Source: Thalia democratica | Taxonomy: Eukaryota | Assembly: GCA_965202585.1 (NCBI GenBank) | Contig: OZ241826.1 | Location: 74,586,001-74,650,000 of the forward strand | DNA: 64,000 nt | Direction: 5' to 3' | Shown: positions 22,301 to 33,479 of the stretch, one piece after another | Layout of the letters: every line of letters starts with the position of its first letter | Numbering within the stretch: position 1 is the stretch's first letter | Notes under the pieces: model-generated | The model's database searches: none | Seen by the model: only the letters and a program-made list of their open reading frames with translations | What the model was told of the DNA's origin: nothing | Position numbers and translations under genes: made by a program

Positions 22301-25300
22301 CGGTTTTTACGCAAACATTGTATATCAAGATTTACTTTTCTGCAAACTAAGACAGTTATCACGTAGAATTTAGAATTTATAAGGTTATGAAGTTTTATGA
22401 CTTTTTAAACAATTTTGATTTTTTTTACAAGTCAATAAAACTTTAAGTATATAGCATAGTACAATCCATTCTACTTCTCTAAATTAAAAGTAGTTATTAA
22501 ATACAGTTCTTATTATTTATTTATTTTCTTGCCATGACTGTTTTCTTTAGCGCAGAAGTACGTGCAACTCTAATTTACGTTGGTCGTTGGTGTGAAAATG
22601 ACGCTTGCAAAGTTATTTTTAGCAGATTCTTGCATAAATCTAAACGTACTCCTGCACTCTTTATTGTTTACTTTAGCCATGCTAAACGCCAGCCAGCAAG
22701 TTATATTGTCGCCCGAAGGTGCGCAAAGCCGATATAAAAGTCGCAGTAAATTTCGGTGACAACATAAACGCACCTCGGGTATTGTTTTAGCTGGCCTCTG
22801 AGCTGAAAATGGTGAGAAAATTGCGGGGTTTATCACCCGCACAAATTAATCACAGCTCTCATTTGTCAATCACAAATCCCCACTGGCAGCAAGTCTTAAA
22901 ATAGAAAGGTGGCGACCGTGAGAGCGCGCGGATAAAATGGCGTATTGCGTTGATGGCGTTTAGGCGGTTTAGTTTTTTTAAGGTTTGCAAATTTGTTTCC
23001 ACTCTGAACAATTACAACTTATCTTTGAAAATACATTAATGAGAACATTAGTGTTGAATATATGAACTTATAAACGTTGTAGTATTGAAAACAAAACCCA
23101 CTATTTGTAAAAGAATTGTTTTAATAAGTTAAGTACTTAAAAGTCAGTTTTTAGTCTTTTAATTAAAGGACTTTTAACTGCTCATATGTTTAATGTTTTA
23201 CAAATATAACAACTAATAATACGGGTGATGAAAATGTTTAAAAACCCTAATCAAATTATAAGCAGACCAGATCGAAAAGAGTTTTTTTGTTGTTTCGAAA
23301 TTTATTTTATTTTTTTTAATTAGAAATAAATCAGTTTTTTTAAACTAATAGTCAGTGCTTTTCAAGAAATCTTTAAAGTTTGAATACTTTTTTTCTTACA
23401 CTTTTAATAATCCAATATTGACTTGATACTTTGGCAAAATTATCTATAAAGACAAAAACAAACACAAAGACAATACAGTTTGTTTTAGTTTTAAGTACTA
23501 ATTATTTAGTGCATAATAAAATAACTATTTTCAAAATATCTTATTTAATCTATTAAAACATTTCAAAAAAGATAATATACTTAAAATCATTTTAATTTTT
23601 AACCGACTCAAGTGTTACATATTTTCTTAATGTTAGTTTAAAGTTTAACCTGAAATTGTTTTTGTTTTGATTCTAAAAATTTAATCACTAAATCCACAGT
23701 AGTTTTTGTTTTAGAAGCAATCATAAAGTATTTTTAACAGGTTTGTTAAACGAAAAACTTAACAAATGTTAGGAGTGAAAATTAAAATTGTGAGTCTTAT
23801 AGCTTTTTTTCAAACTATTAGTAACATCAAATTTGTATTTTACTAATTACAAAAATTCTGCTAAAAGTAGTTTGATATTTTGGTAAACAACTATCAAAGC
23901 CCCAAAAACACATTTATATCAATTTTTAAGAATTAAGAAAAGTAATAACTGTTAGTTATAAAAAACATACCATTTTTTTTTTTAATTTCGGTTTTTCTTT
24001 TTAAACAACCGTGTACCGTATCCCTCAAACATATAATAACAAACTAACTTCATAAACACAACTTAACACAAATGTTTCAGAGTTTCATTTTGTTTTATAA
24101 AACCTAATTCATAATTATTTCTTACACACATGCAACACCTCGCGACGGGTAATTAAGTCGCAGTCAGAAATTTTTCGTGGGAACCGTTCGGTGTTCTGTT
24201 ACCATGGCAACGGCATCAGAGAGTTATTAAATTATCCTCATTAAACCGGATACATGTTGGATGTACAAATTATTGCGCGCATCGCTCGGATTTCTGATCA
24301 AATTAAAAATACTTTCTCATACCTAGGTGGGTGGCAGACAATTCTTTTGTTCTTCTTTGTTATGAAAAGAATGACTCTGAAAATATTAGCTCGTCCGGAG
24401 ATCTTGCTCGTGCAATATTGCAGCACAGTCTAACTGACCAACTTCGTTTTGGGTATTTATTTTCTAAAAGTCTTAACTAGTAAGTGTTTTAGGACAAAAT
24501 TGTTGTTTCAAGGGTATCAATGACCACATCACAAGTTAAATAGTTGAGTCAATGGATTAATGAAGTAGTTTTGATAACAAATGGTAGCTTATTAAAATAA
24601 AGAATTATAGACAATATTTAATAAAAGAAGTGCTTAGTTTTTTTTTACTCTAGTTTATGTTTTAGTTAAGTTAAAAAAAGTAAGGAAATGAATTTACAAC
24701 AAACTTAGAATTTCAAAATAACTAAATTTTAAAAGCCTAGTACAGAGAAACCAAGTTTTAGTCCAATTTTAAGAAAGTTTTAGAAAATAATATTTCTAGA
24801 CTTGTATGCGTAGAGTTCTTTTTAAAACTTTTTGAAGACGAGATTGATTTTATCTTCATTTAATTTGAATATTTAAATTAAAGCATTAACTTATGGTTCT
24901 ACAAAAACCATAATTGGTGACAAACAAATAGATTAAATTTGTTAGTTGATAGTTTTGATAAAATTATCAAGTCTATCAAATTTAAATAATATTTTTATGC
25001 TTCCCTATAGCAAAAATTTTTTTTTTACTGAAAGTTATTTAAACTAAGTTTAAAAAGTTAAAATAAGCATCTACTTTAACAACTTATTTAACACTTTTGA
25101 CTTATAAACCATCTGAACATAAATAAAACAATTTTGTCAGTAGAGCTTATAAACGCACTGTGCAAACTTTAAAAAACAAGGATTTTGATCAAATAAGTTT
25201 AATTTTATTAATTTTTGTTTTACCTACAAACTTTTCAGCATTTTCCTTTAACTTCTAAATCCAATGACGTTTTTGAAGTCAACATGAGAACTTTATTTTT

Positions 25301-28300
25301 ACGAAATGTATTAAGCGAAGCTAAAGTGCAAAGTTTTACTTATCCTATCCCGCAAAAAAACCTATTTAAGTAATTCCTGCCCGTTACTTAAAAAAGAGAA
25401 TTACTTGACCTCAGATTTATAGCTTTTCAAATAATAAAAGTTTATAGTATAAATTAAAATTATACTTTTACAGCCTGAAACAGAAAAGTAACATATAAAC
25501 ACAGATTAAATGAAAAGAACTATATAGTATTTTTTTTTTCTATCACATGTAAATATTTTTTATTGAAAAAGTGTGTTTTGTATCTAAAGTAGTTTATTAA
25601 ACTTCAAAAAACTATTAATAAGAAAAACTTTTAAACGATTTCTTATAACGATAATGAACTAAGCAAACTAAAAAACTTTTTTTTTTAAATCTTAAACAGT
25701 ATTAAAACCTCATTAAAATTCACAAATTCTCCTATTTCTTCATCCGAGACACTTGACTTTTAGCGATGATTTATTCGAAAAATGCTAACCTTTCGAAAGC
25801 GTCGCTGCCACTCAGAAAGTGGGCACTCTGAGAAAATTTCCATTTCGCTTTACTACGAAAATAAAACTTTTCTGTTCGTCTTGCATCGGTGCATGCAGAA
25901 ATTACACCTATAATTTGTGGCGTCGGAAGGACCTTTTCACCTACAGAAGCCGCTGGGTGACTTGAACACAAAATAACAAAAAGAACAGAAAAGCCTCCGA
26001 GCTGGATGCCCTGGCGCACCGATGCTTAATTATAGTTTTCATTGAGCCTATTATCTGCGCGCTGGTTATACTGCATGGGCACGACCCTCGTCATGTGAGG
26101 TTCGATCGCGTTATTTATAGACGCCAACTTTTTTTTTGTAATACAAACCCCATAACACGTATGATCTTGATGCTTTGGTGATTGCTAAAGTTATTTTATA
26201 TGTATTATTTTTTTCAAGTTTTATGATACTGTTTGTAAGTACTGTTTTTAATCAATTGTGTTAAAATCAGCTGTTTATTTTAGGTCAGAAACATTGAACT
26301 AGTCTTGTTTCGTTTAAAAGGTAATTATATAAACCCAGATGTTGTCTATTAAGTTTAAAATATTGTCAAAGTAATTTTTGATACATCTAAAGTCTTGTTT
26401 AGAATAAGATTAATTTTAACTTATGCGTCGGAGAATTTTTTTTATACTGTTAAATCGTAAAACTTTACACTAAGTGCATTTTGTACGAAATACTTTAATA
26501 GTTTAATTAGAAACCTTAAACCTCTAAATTTTAATTTTTTAAAAAGCTATGTTCAAAAAGTGATTTCATAGAAGTAGCTTGAGAACTAACTCTTAATTAT
26601 AGAGCTGTTTTAAACTATACCTATTTTGTTGCGATTGATATAAAAACTATTTTTCTTACATCAATACGTTTTACATGTTTAGTGTTTTTTTTTTTTAATT
26701 TATTTTATAAGTTAAAAAGAAGTAGTTGTTATTTGTTGTTCTAAAACCAGTTTTAAGCTAATAAATTACAAAAACAACAGAAGAAAACCACAAAACAAAC
26801 ATTAAAACTTTAAATTAGCAACTTGTGTAGCAAAAAAACAGATTAGCGATAAAACACTTAAACACTCGGCAGTATATTTTCATAAGGCTTGAAAACTGGC
26901 TGATTTCAAATTCTCTCCCCGAACATCAAAGGGCTCCCATTATTTGTAATGTAAACAAGCGAGCAGAAAGCTATCTGGCCAGCCATCTCGTTTGTAAAAT
27001 GTAGCGGCGGCAAGCAGCAGATAGCAAAGTCAGATTAGCAAAGTTGATTTGTCAATGTTTTCGCAATCACGCGCGCTGACAGTAAGCTGAAGAACGCTTT
27101 TTGTTTTGATGAGTTCGTTGCAAAGCGTGCCGCCCGAAAGTCAGCCTCTCCGCTGGCTTCTCCTTGCATCAAGATGCACTGTTGACCCCGAGCGATAAGG
27201 AGATCGGTGGCCGCGATAACGCGTCCGTGGCTCGTGTGAAGTCGGTTGCATGAAATGTTGTTTTAAAGTGTCGCGCACCTGTCTCTTCGGCGGCGAAACA
27301 AACAAAAGGGCTTCGAAGTGACTTTCGTTCGCGTGTGTGGAAAAAAACGCATTAAAATTCCAAAGGTTTTTTTTTTAATTTGAAGTTTCTTTTTCTGTGT
27401 TGGTGCGTAATTAAAAATTTAACCGTGGAGCAGACTGAAAGTTAAATAAACAAACGCACTTTAAATGACCCGCAAGTGCTTTTGAGAATTTTTTTTCAGC
27501 AGCTATCTTGGTGAAGGCGGTGGGCAAATACCGGCAAATCCAGTCGAATATACCCTGTAGAAGCCACACACACACGCAACTTTTCATTTGTAAAGTAATC
27601 TATATGAGAAAACGATCAAAGTTATCAAGGAAATCTCATTAGAAAACGTCAAAGTAATAAGCAAGCCGGCCTTTGAATGGTGATTCATTAACAATCTGCT
27701 TCATTTCTGTTTCCGAGTTTTCCGGTTTATTCAGTTTAGTCACGACAACTTTTATTTAAAAAAGTTAATATATTAAAGCACGTTCCAAAAGGTTTAATCA
27801 TCTTCTTCTTCAGGTCAAGCTATCCAAGCTAGTTCTTTTAAGTAGTACAAAAAATCTAAACACTAACATCAAAACTCTTTGATTTCAACCGAACTTTATA
27901 AGTATTTTTCTCATAAACTTGTTCGCGCAAACTTTTAAAATAAGATAAAAATAAAGGTGACTAAAACTTTTCATCGAAAAAGTTATTCAGCATTTTTTCT
28001 AAGAAAAATTACCGTATGAAAATTTAAAAAGCGATCGTATTTATGAACACATTAACTGTTGCACTTTTAATAGCTTATGGTATTGTGAAAACGAGGTGTT
28101 TTCTCAGAGACAGCTCGGCATGTTCTTAACGCCAAAGCCCGGCAGATTACCCCAGATTGATTGAGATCAATGGTGTGTGCAGTTCGAGTTACGTCGGCTT
28201 TTTCGTCATTAAAAGCTTAAGGTCTTATGCACTAAACTTATACAGTAACAAAACGTGAAGCGAAACATTTCTAAACAACTTGCGGTTTATTTTCGTCAGC

Positions 28301-31300
28301 GTGGTATGCTTGCTTGTGCTTCAAAATGTAACAAGTTGAAATTTGTATTTTTTTTGCCTAAAACTTTAAAGAAGAAACAACTCCTCAAATTAAGGTAGTT
28401 GTTCTTCCGACCGCACCGCAGCGCAACTTCAGCCAGACTCGCTTTGATGAATCACCGCTGCCACCCCAAACAGCACCTGTTGCTGGTGCGGAAGGTGTTT
28501 CTGGCGATGAGCGGCAAACAAAAATAACCGGTAATTTGTTTGCACTCCACACAATAAACATTTGCTTAACCCCCCGCCGAAAAGTGCGCGAAGTGTGTCG
28601 GTTCCAACTTCACCCCGTTTTCCAATCCATCATAACACCCCCCTTTGAAACTTCACCCCGTTTTGTTTTTTTCTCGAAAGTTGTGAGCTGCACAAGCGCA
28701 ATGCTGTTTATGGTTTCACGCATGCTTGCTCCTGATCAAAACTGCCGTGTCCGTAATTTTTTGCTGGTTAAACAGCTGGAATATTTGTCTGTTTAATATG
28801 ATGTACGACCGACACAGCGTGCGGCGCATTCTTAGAAAACTTTCCACTTTTGCTTTTGCGTTAAGCTTCAGCTTCTACATAAAGTAGTTCAGTTTTATTT
28901 TCATTCTGTTTTTTCAAAGTTTTTCCGAAAAAATAAAGATTACATTGTACACGTGCTTCTGTTAAAGAAATTTCAACTTTCACTACTCATACTTTTCAAC
29001 CAAACTCACAAGGCCTGTTTTGTTCGTCGGAAGAAACTGTTGCATACAAAACAGCGGGCAACTTCTCGCTTGCTGTAAATCTTTTAAACGGATATAATCG
29101 CGTCTGCTGCATGAACCCGTCTCGGGATTACCCGGGATTTCAATGGTAATCCTCCTTTTCACTTGACCCTAATTTGATCTCGAACGGGTCTCGGACCCTC
29201 TTCTGCGCGCAGCAGTCCCGCCTTCTCTCGCCGACTTCAACGGTATTACGGCGGTTTTGAAAGTTTGGGCAAACAAGCTTTGCCGTGACCCCGCGCTGAC
29301 CACCTCGGTTGTCAATGGGGATCACTAATTAGGTGTCAAGGCAGCGCGTTGCTACAGCAACATGAAAGGGCGGTCGAGCGTAAGAAAAACGGTCAGACGG
29401 AACGCGAAACCCAATTTATTGGCGCATAAGCAAACATGACAGCTATTTTTGTAGCGCATTAAGAAATATAAAAGTTATGGTTGGCTTAGAAAACAAACGT
29501 TTTTTTACTACTTTTCGTGAACTTTGGTTTTGGCTTGAGGTGTTTTTAATTTGTTTTGGGAAACTTTAAAGTGGTAAATAATTTTATCTAGCTAAAATTA
29601 CTAGTTAAATTTTACTCCACATAAAATGTTGGAAGTTGCGAAAGTTAAAAATGGAAAAGTAGTACTTACTACTATTAAACAAGTAAAATCAACAGTCTTA
29701 AAAAGTATAAGTCAAGCTTAAAATTTCAAAAAAAATTGTATCAACTGTCAGTTAAACAATTATTCTATTTGTCATCAATCACAAGCTTAAAGGCTTTGAA
29801 TATATGCCACTGTACTGTACACGCGAAAAAACCACATATAATCCCAAATGACTACACATACACTTTAAGTTTACATTAGATTATACTCGAGTAGTTTAAA
29901 ACCGAAGTTTCAGGTAGTTTCTACGATTTGAATTAAAACAATTTTTGGAAATAACTGTTGAGTGACGTCACATTGAAATGCTCTCAGCTCGTCAAGTTAA
30001 TTTCGGCACGCGCCGAACTTTCAAATCCGTTTTTGAACTACTTATGGTTGTGTGACGGCAGGAAAATTTATGACAACATGATTATGATTAATTGAGCTCC
30101 TGTCTTCAAGTGTTTATTCGACCGTTAATAAGTTTTGTGCTCTGTAAAAAAATTGGCAGTTTTCGTAAAACTGATACTTTTAAGCAACTATTTATATACT
30201 ATCTTAAATTATGGTTTTATAAATTGTAAAAGTGTTGTGTTATTTAAAACCAACTAACTAAATATTTTCAATTATCAAAAACTGATAAGAGGAATAGTTA
30301 AACAGGTTTTTTTAAGTAACAAAATGCTTTACAGTTTTCAATGTCAACAAAAACAGAGAAATTACTTAGGAAAAGAATGGAAACAACTTTTAAAAAAGAA
30401 AAAACATAGCAACAAAACTTATTTTAATTACGTATAAAATAGCTTTGTTAACAAAAAGCTAATTAATCAGACGGTCGGCAAATAACTTTTTGCAACCAGC
30501 TCATGTTTAGCATTGCAAAACTACTTTTCAACTGCCACTCAAAACGGATTTTTTCATTAATACATACTTGACGGTGTTTACACACAACAAAGCCGACCTA
30601 TATCGCAGCGCTCCGGCTAACAACATAAAAAAATATACGGGGCTGTTGCGCCACCGTGCGCCAACAATGTGTCGTGTGACACCCAGCCCTCAAATACCAA
30701 GTACAAGTGGCAAAATTGTATCAAGCCAATTTGCGGTGGTGGCAGGCGGTCGTTTGCAATGTGGCGAAAACTCTGCCCTGCTCCCTTTCGCTTTCAAGTG
30801 ACAATTTCGAATGTGAAAATGAGGCTGAAGTTAAACTTTAACTTTGTTACTGGCAGGCCGCGCGCTTAATTTGGTGTGTAATAAACATGTATACGGAAAC
30901 GGGAGGTAAATTACAGTTGAATTAGGCACCACCACACTGTTGTGCGCTGCCAGCATGTCATCGTTTGATTATTTGCCACAAAAGAAAACGCGTTGCCCGC
31001 TGGAACAGTTCGAAACAAAGGTGTAGCGTTCTGTGCGAACTAAATCAATTTAGATAACTTGGAAATATATATACGACGTTGCTCGTCTTTTGTATGCCAT
31101 TTTAACGGGATTAAAACAAACAAAAAGCGAGACGAAGTTTTCTATACTTTTGTTATGAAACTGAAACAACGCATACATACACACAGAGATGATATCTCCG
31201 TCACGCGACACAATAAAAGCATTTTGTTTCATTTATCTTTATTTTTCATCTCTGTCTCTTCGACGCTTTCCCTTTCTTATTCAAGGCAGTCGTCGCGCAG

Positions 31301-33479
31301 TGCCCACGGTCGCCAAGCGACAAAGTTCAACGGTGAGGGGGTGTTTGTGGAGGTCGCTTTCGTGTATATGTTGCAAATGTGGGAGGATTTTCGGCGGCGG
31401 AAGAAAATGCATTTCTGTAATTGCCCAGGTCGTGCTGCAAGAAAGTTCTCAGCTTTTGTTTGTTTCTGCGCTTTCGTTTAAGCAACCATCAGACGGCCCT
31501 TTGTTTCAGCTTTACACTTTTTGTCGCGTGTTTTCGTTTCCCCGTAAACTGTTGTTCCTTTTTAAAATTTATTTCTTAGCAAAGATTAGTTTTAGTGTTA
31601 ACAGTATAAATACAAATATGTTGAGCTATTAGTTTTATTAATGTTTTAAAAAAGTTAAAACAATTTTTGTTGAACAGATCCTACTAGACCAGACGGGCTG
31701 ATTTCAAAAGGAAAAAAGAAGAAAATGCGCAAGCCGAGAACAATATACACGTCGGTTCAGCTGCAAACATTAAACTCGCATTTCAAGCAGACCCAGTACC
31801 TGGCCTTGCCTGAAAGAGCCGAGCTTGCTGCTTCACTCAACCTCACACAGACTCAGGTTTGTACTGAACTATTTGTTATGTGATCAGTAAAACTCCAAAG
31901 AGTTCTACTCGTTTTTAAGTTGGCAGGAAGTTTTTTTAGTCCAAAGCTTTGAAAAAAAGTATAAAACTTCAGTCGCTATAAACTTTTTCGGCTTTGTATT
32001 TTAGTATTTTTAATAAATGAGCTTAATATAATTTTTCAAATAGTTTGATTTTTTTTGGTGATTGGCGTGGGACTTTCAAGCTGACGAAGCCGCGCGTTTG
32101 ACTCACAAACACCGCTTTGAAGATGTGCGAGTTGCGCGCTGGCGTGTTTATATACCGTTATAATACCTTAATTCCTTTGACCTGGATGCGGCGTATGAAG
32201 TTTAAAAATAGAAGCGCCTTCGCGCAAGTCCGACTTATGTATGTCTGCTTAGTGGGGCTCTGGTGTAAGCGGTAGTAAAAACAGCGGGATTATGGCTAAA
32301 TCGTCTCTTTGTACTTCAAAGCGAACGGTGTATTAGAGTTTGAAAGTCTTGCTTTGTAGGTCGCAAAGCCGAAAGGCTTTTGCCAGTCGTGGGTGATATA
32401 CAATGTATTTTGTTTAACATACGGTGCTTTTTTCAGTTGTACAAATTGTTAGGTATGAACTGTTTTATTTAAACAGCAAAATAAAAACTTATTTCTGCTT
32501 GCAGGTGAAAATATGGTTCCAGAACCGCCGCTCAAAGTGTAAGAAGATCGCCAAGCAGGCGCAGCGAGACAACGACGGCCAGATAATATCGCCCACCAAC
32601 AGCGTGGGAGGGGTGAATGCTGCCAGCCCCCCTTCCAGCACCCCGTCGCCCATGGTCCAGATGAGCCAGATGAGCAGCGCGCACGTGAACCAGTACGGCC
32701 CAGTGGTGCCCAGTGGAAACGGGGAAATCCCTCAGCAGCAACAGGGGCAGCAGACGAGCGACGCGTCCTCCATCGGCTCGCAGATGAACGAAGGGGTGAT
32801 GGCGATGGTGGAGAACGGGGCAGCTCAGAACATCCACTACTCTGCCGCGAACGACCCGCAGAAAGCTGTGAACACAGCCAGCCCGTCGTCTTCGAAGGGG
32901 AGCCACCACCAGATGACGCCGTCGCCCAACGACAGAAGCAGGATCGCGCTGCCCACGTTGGAGCAGCACGTGAACGGGAGCCTTCAGCAGCAGCAGCGCG
33001 CTTTGGCGAGCAACAGTTTCAACTGCAGCTTGCCGGAGCAGCAGATGATGCACCAGGACGCTCCGGTGGCTCCAGGCAACCCACACGAGCAGATGCAGAT
33101 CGGGGGGCTGCCGATCAAGACGGAGATGTTCCAGTCGCCGATGGCCAACAGCAGCAACCACTACAGCCAGGTGCCGCACGTCAACGGCGACGCGGGCATG
33201 TACGACATGACTATGACGTCACAGCAGCATATGTACGCGGGCCATCCACCTCCCCACCTGCACAACCCGACGAGCTGCTTCCCGTCGGTGGCCAACCAGA
33301 TGATGCAGATGTCCTCGTCGCAGCAGTACATGAACCCGTACATGAGCTCCATGGAGGACAGCAACCTGACCTCGTCGGCCGAAAACTCGTACCAGATTCC
33401 GAACGGACCGTCGGGCGGTTCCATGGCCATTGGGGCGTGCAACGATCTGCACGAGAACGGCGGCAGGTACCTGAAGTGA
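16232..33479 (+). CDS. Dlx: Distal-less (Dlx) homeodomain transcription factor, about 556 aa; join(16232..16321,20332..20758,31678..31856,32505..33479)
   Basis: Homeodomain [43 protein letters not shown]|[14 protein letters not shown] carries the Dlx signature and the canonical intron between HD codons 44 and 45. All junctions are GT-AG and phase-compatible (0,1,0). Confidence 0.93.
17690..20070. promoter_or_regulatory. GC/CpG-rich non-coding islands in Dlx intron 1 (about 17690-18370, 18520-18800, 19180-20070)
   Basis: Compositional islands without coherent ORFs. They contain an X-box at 19591 and AGTCGCAGT at 19312. Confidence 0.5.
19591..19604. promoter_or_regulatory. RFX X-box-like site GTCGCCATGGCAAC
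   Basis: 13/14 match to the palindromic X-box GTTGCCATGGCAAC. Confidence 0.55.
20332..20758 (+). CDS. Dlx: Dlx exon 2 (Y/S/G/P-rich N-terminal region)
   Basis: Acceptor catttttag; [16 protein letters not shown]...MQGIDLH; strong GC3 bias; donor G|GTTCGT in phase 1. Confidence 0.9.
22167..22265 (+). repeat. 99-bp non-coding module, copy 1 (Dlx intron 2)
   Basis: 93/99 identical to 36363-36461; the last 55 bp are identical. Confidence 0.95.
24150..24211 (+). promoter_or_regulatory. Compact motif cluster: TAATTA, AGTCGCAGT, Su(H)/CSL site CGTGGGAA and X-box GTTACCATGGCAAC
   Basis: Motifs at 24150, 24156, 24176-24183 and 24198-24211 are read directly. Factor assignment rests on known consensus sequences. 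Confidence 0.6.
31678..31856 (+). CDS. Dlx: Dlx exon 3 (homeodomain residues 1-44)
   Basis: Acceptor tgaacag; (D)[23 protein letters not shown]...LTQTQ; donor CAG|GTTTGT. Absent from the ORF track. Confidence 0.97.
32050..32410. promoter_or_regulatory. GC/CpG-rich island inside the homeobox intron (Dlx intron 3)
   Basis: CpG-rich block within a 648-nt intron; no ORF or RNA fold was recognised. Confidence 0.4.
32505..33479 (+). CDS. Dlx: Dlx exon 4 (helix 3 plus long Q/S/M-rich C-terminus)
   Basis: Acceptor ctgcttgcag; [14 protein letters not shown]...NGGRYLK then TGA at 33477-33479. Confidence 0.97.
   Translation: MKIWFQNRRSKCKKIAKQAQRDNDGQIISPTNSVGGVNAASPPSSTPSPMVQMSQMSSAHVNQYGPVVPSGNGEIPQQQQGQQTSDASSIGSQMNEGVMAMVENGAAQNIHYSAANDPQKAVNTASPSSSKGSHHQMTPSPNDRSRIALPTLEQHVNGSLQQQQRALASNSFNCSLPEQQMMHQDAPVAPGNPHEQMQIGGLPIKTEMFQSPMANSSNHYSQVPHVNGDAGMYDMTMTSQQHMYAGHPPPHLHNPTSCFPSVANQMMQMSSSQQYMNPYMSSMEDSNLTSSAENSYQIPNGPSGGSMAIGACNDLHENGGRYLK

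Larger units (their letters stand above)
21980..31560. promoter_or_regulatory. Cluster of about 10 GC/CpG-rich islands in the 10.9 kb Dlx intron 2 (candidate enhancers)
   Basis: Islands near 21980-22370, 22540-22980, 24130-24440, 25740-26160, 26850-27730, 28090-28870, 29020-29460, 29960-30150 and 30460-31560, separated by very AT-rich spacers and rich in TAATT(A/G). Confidence 0.55.

Noticed and set aside
32250-32330. tRNA- or SINE-like start ggctctggtgtaagcggtag
   Set aside because: No B box, T arm or cloverleaf could be built.
32424-32504. N-terminal 27 aa of ORF 32424..33479
   Set aside because: Intronic; the true exon begins at the acceptor before 32505 (VKIWFQN).
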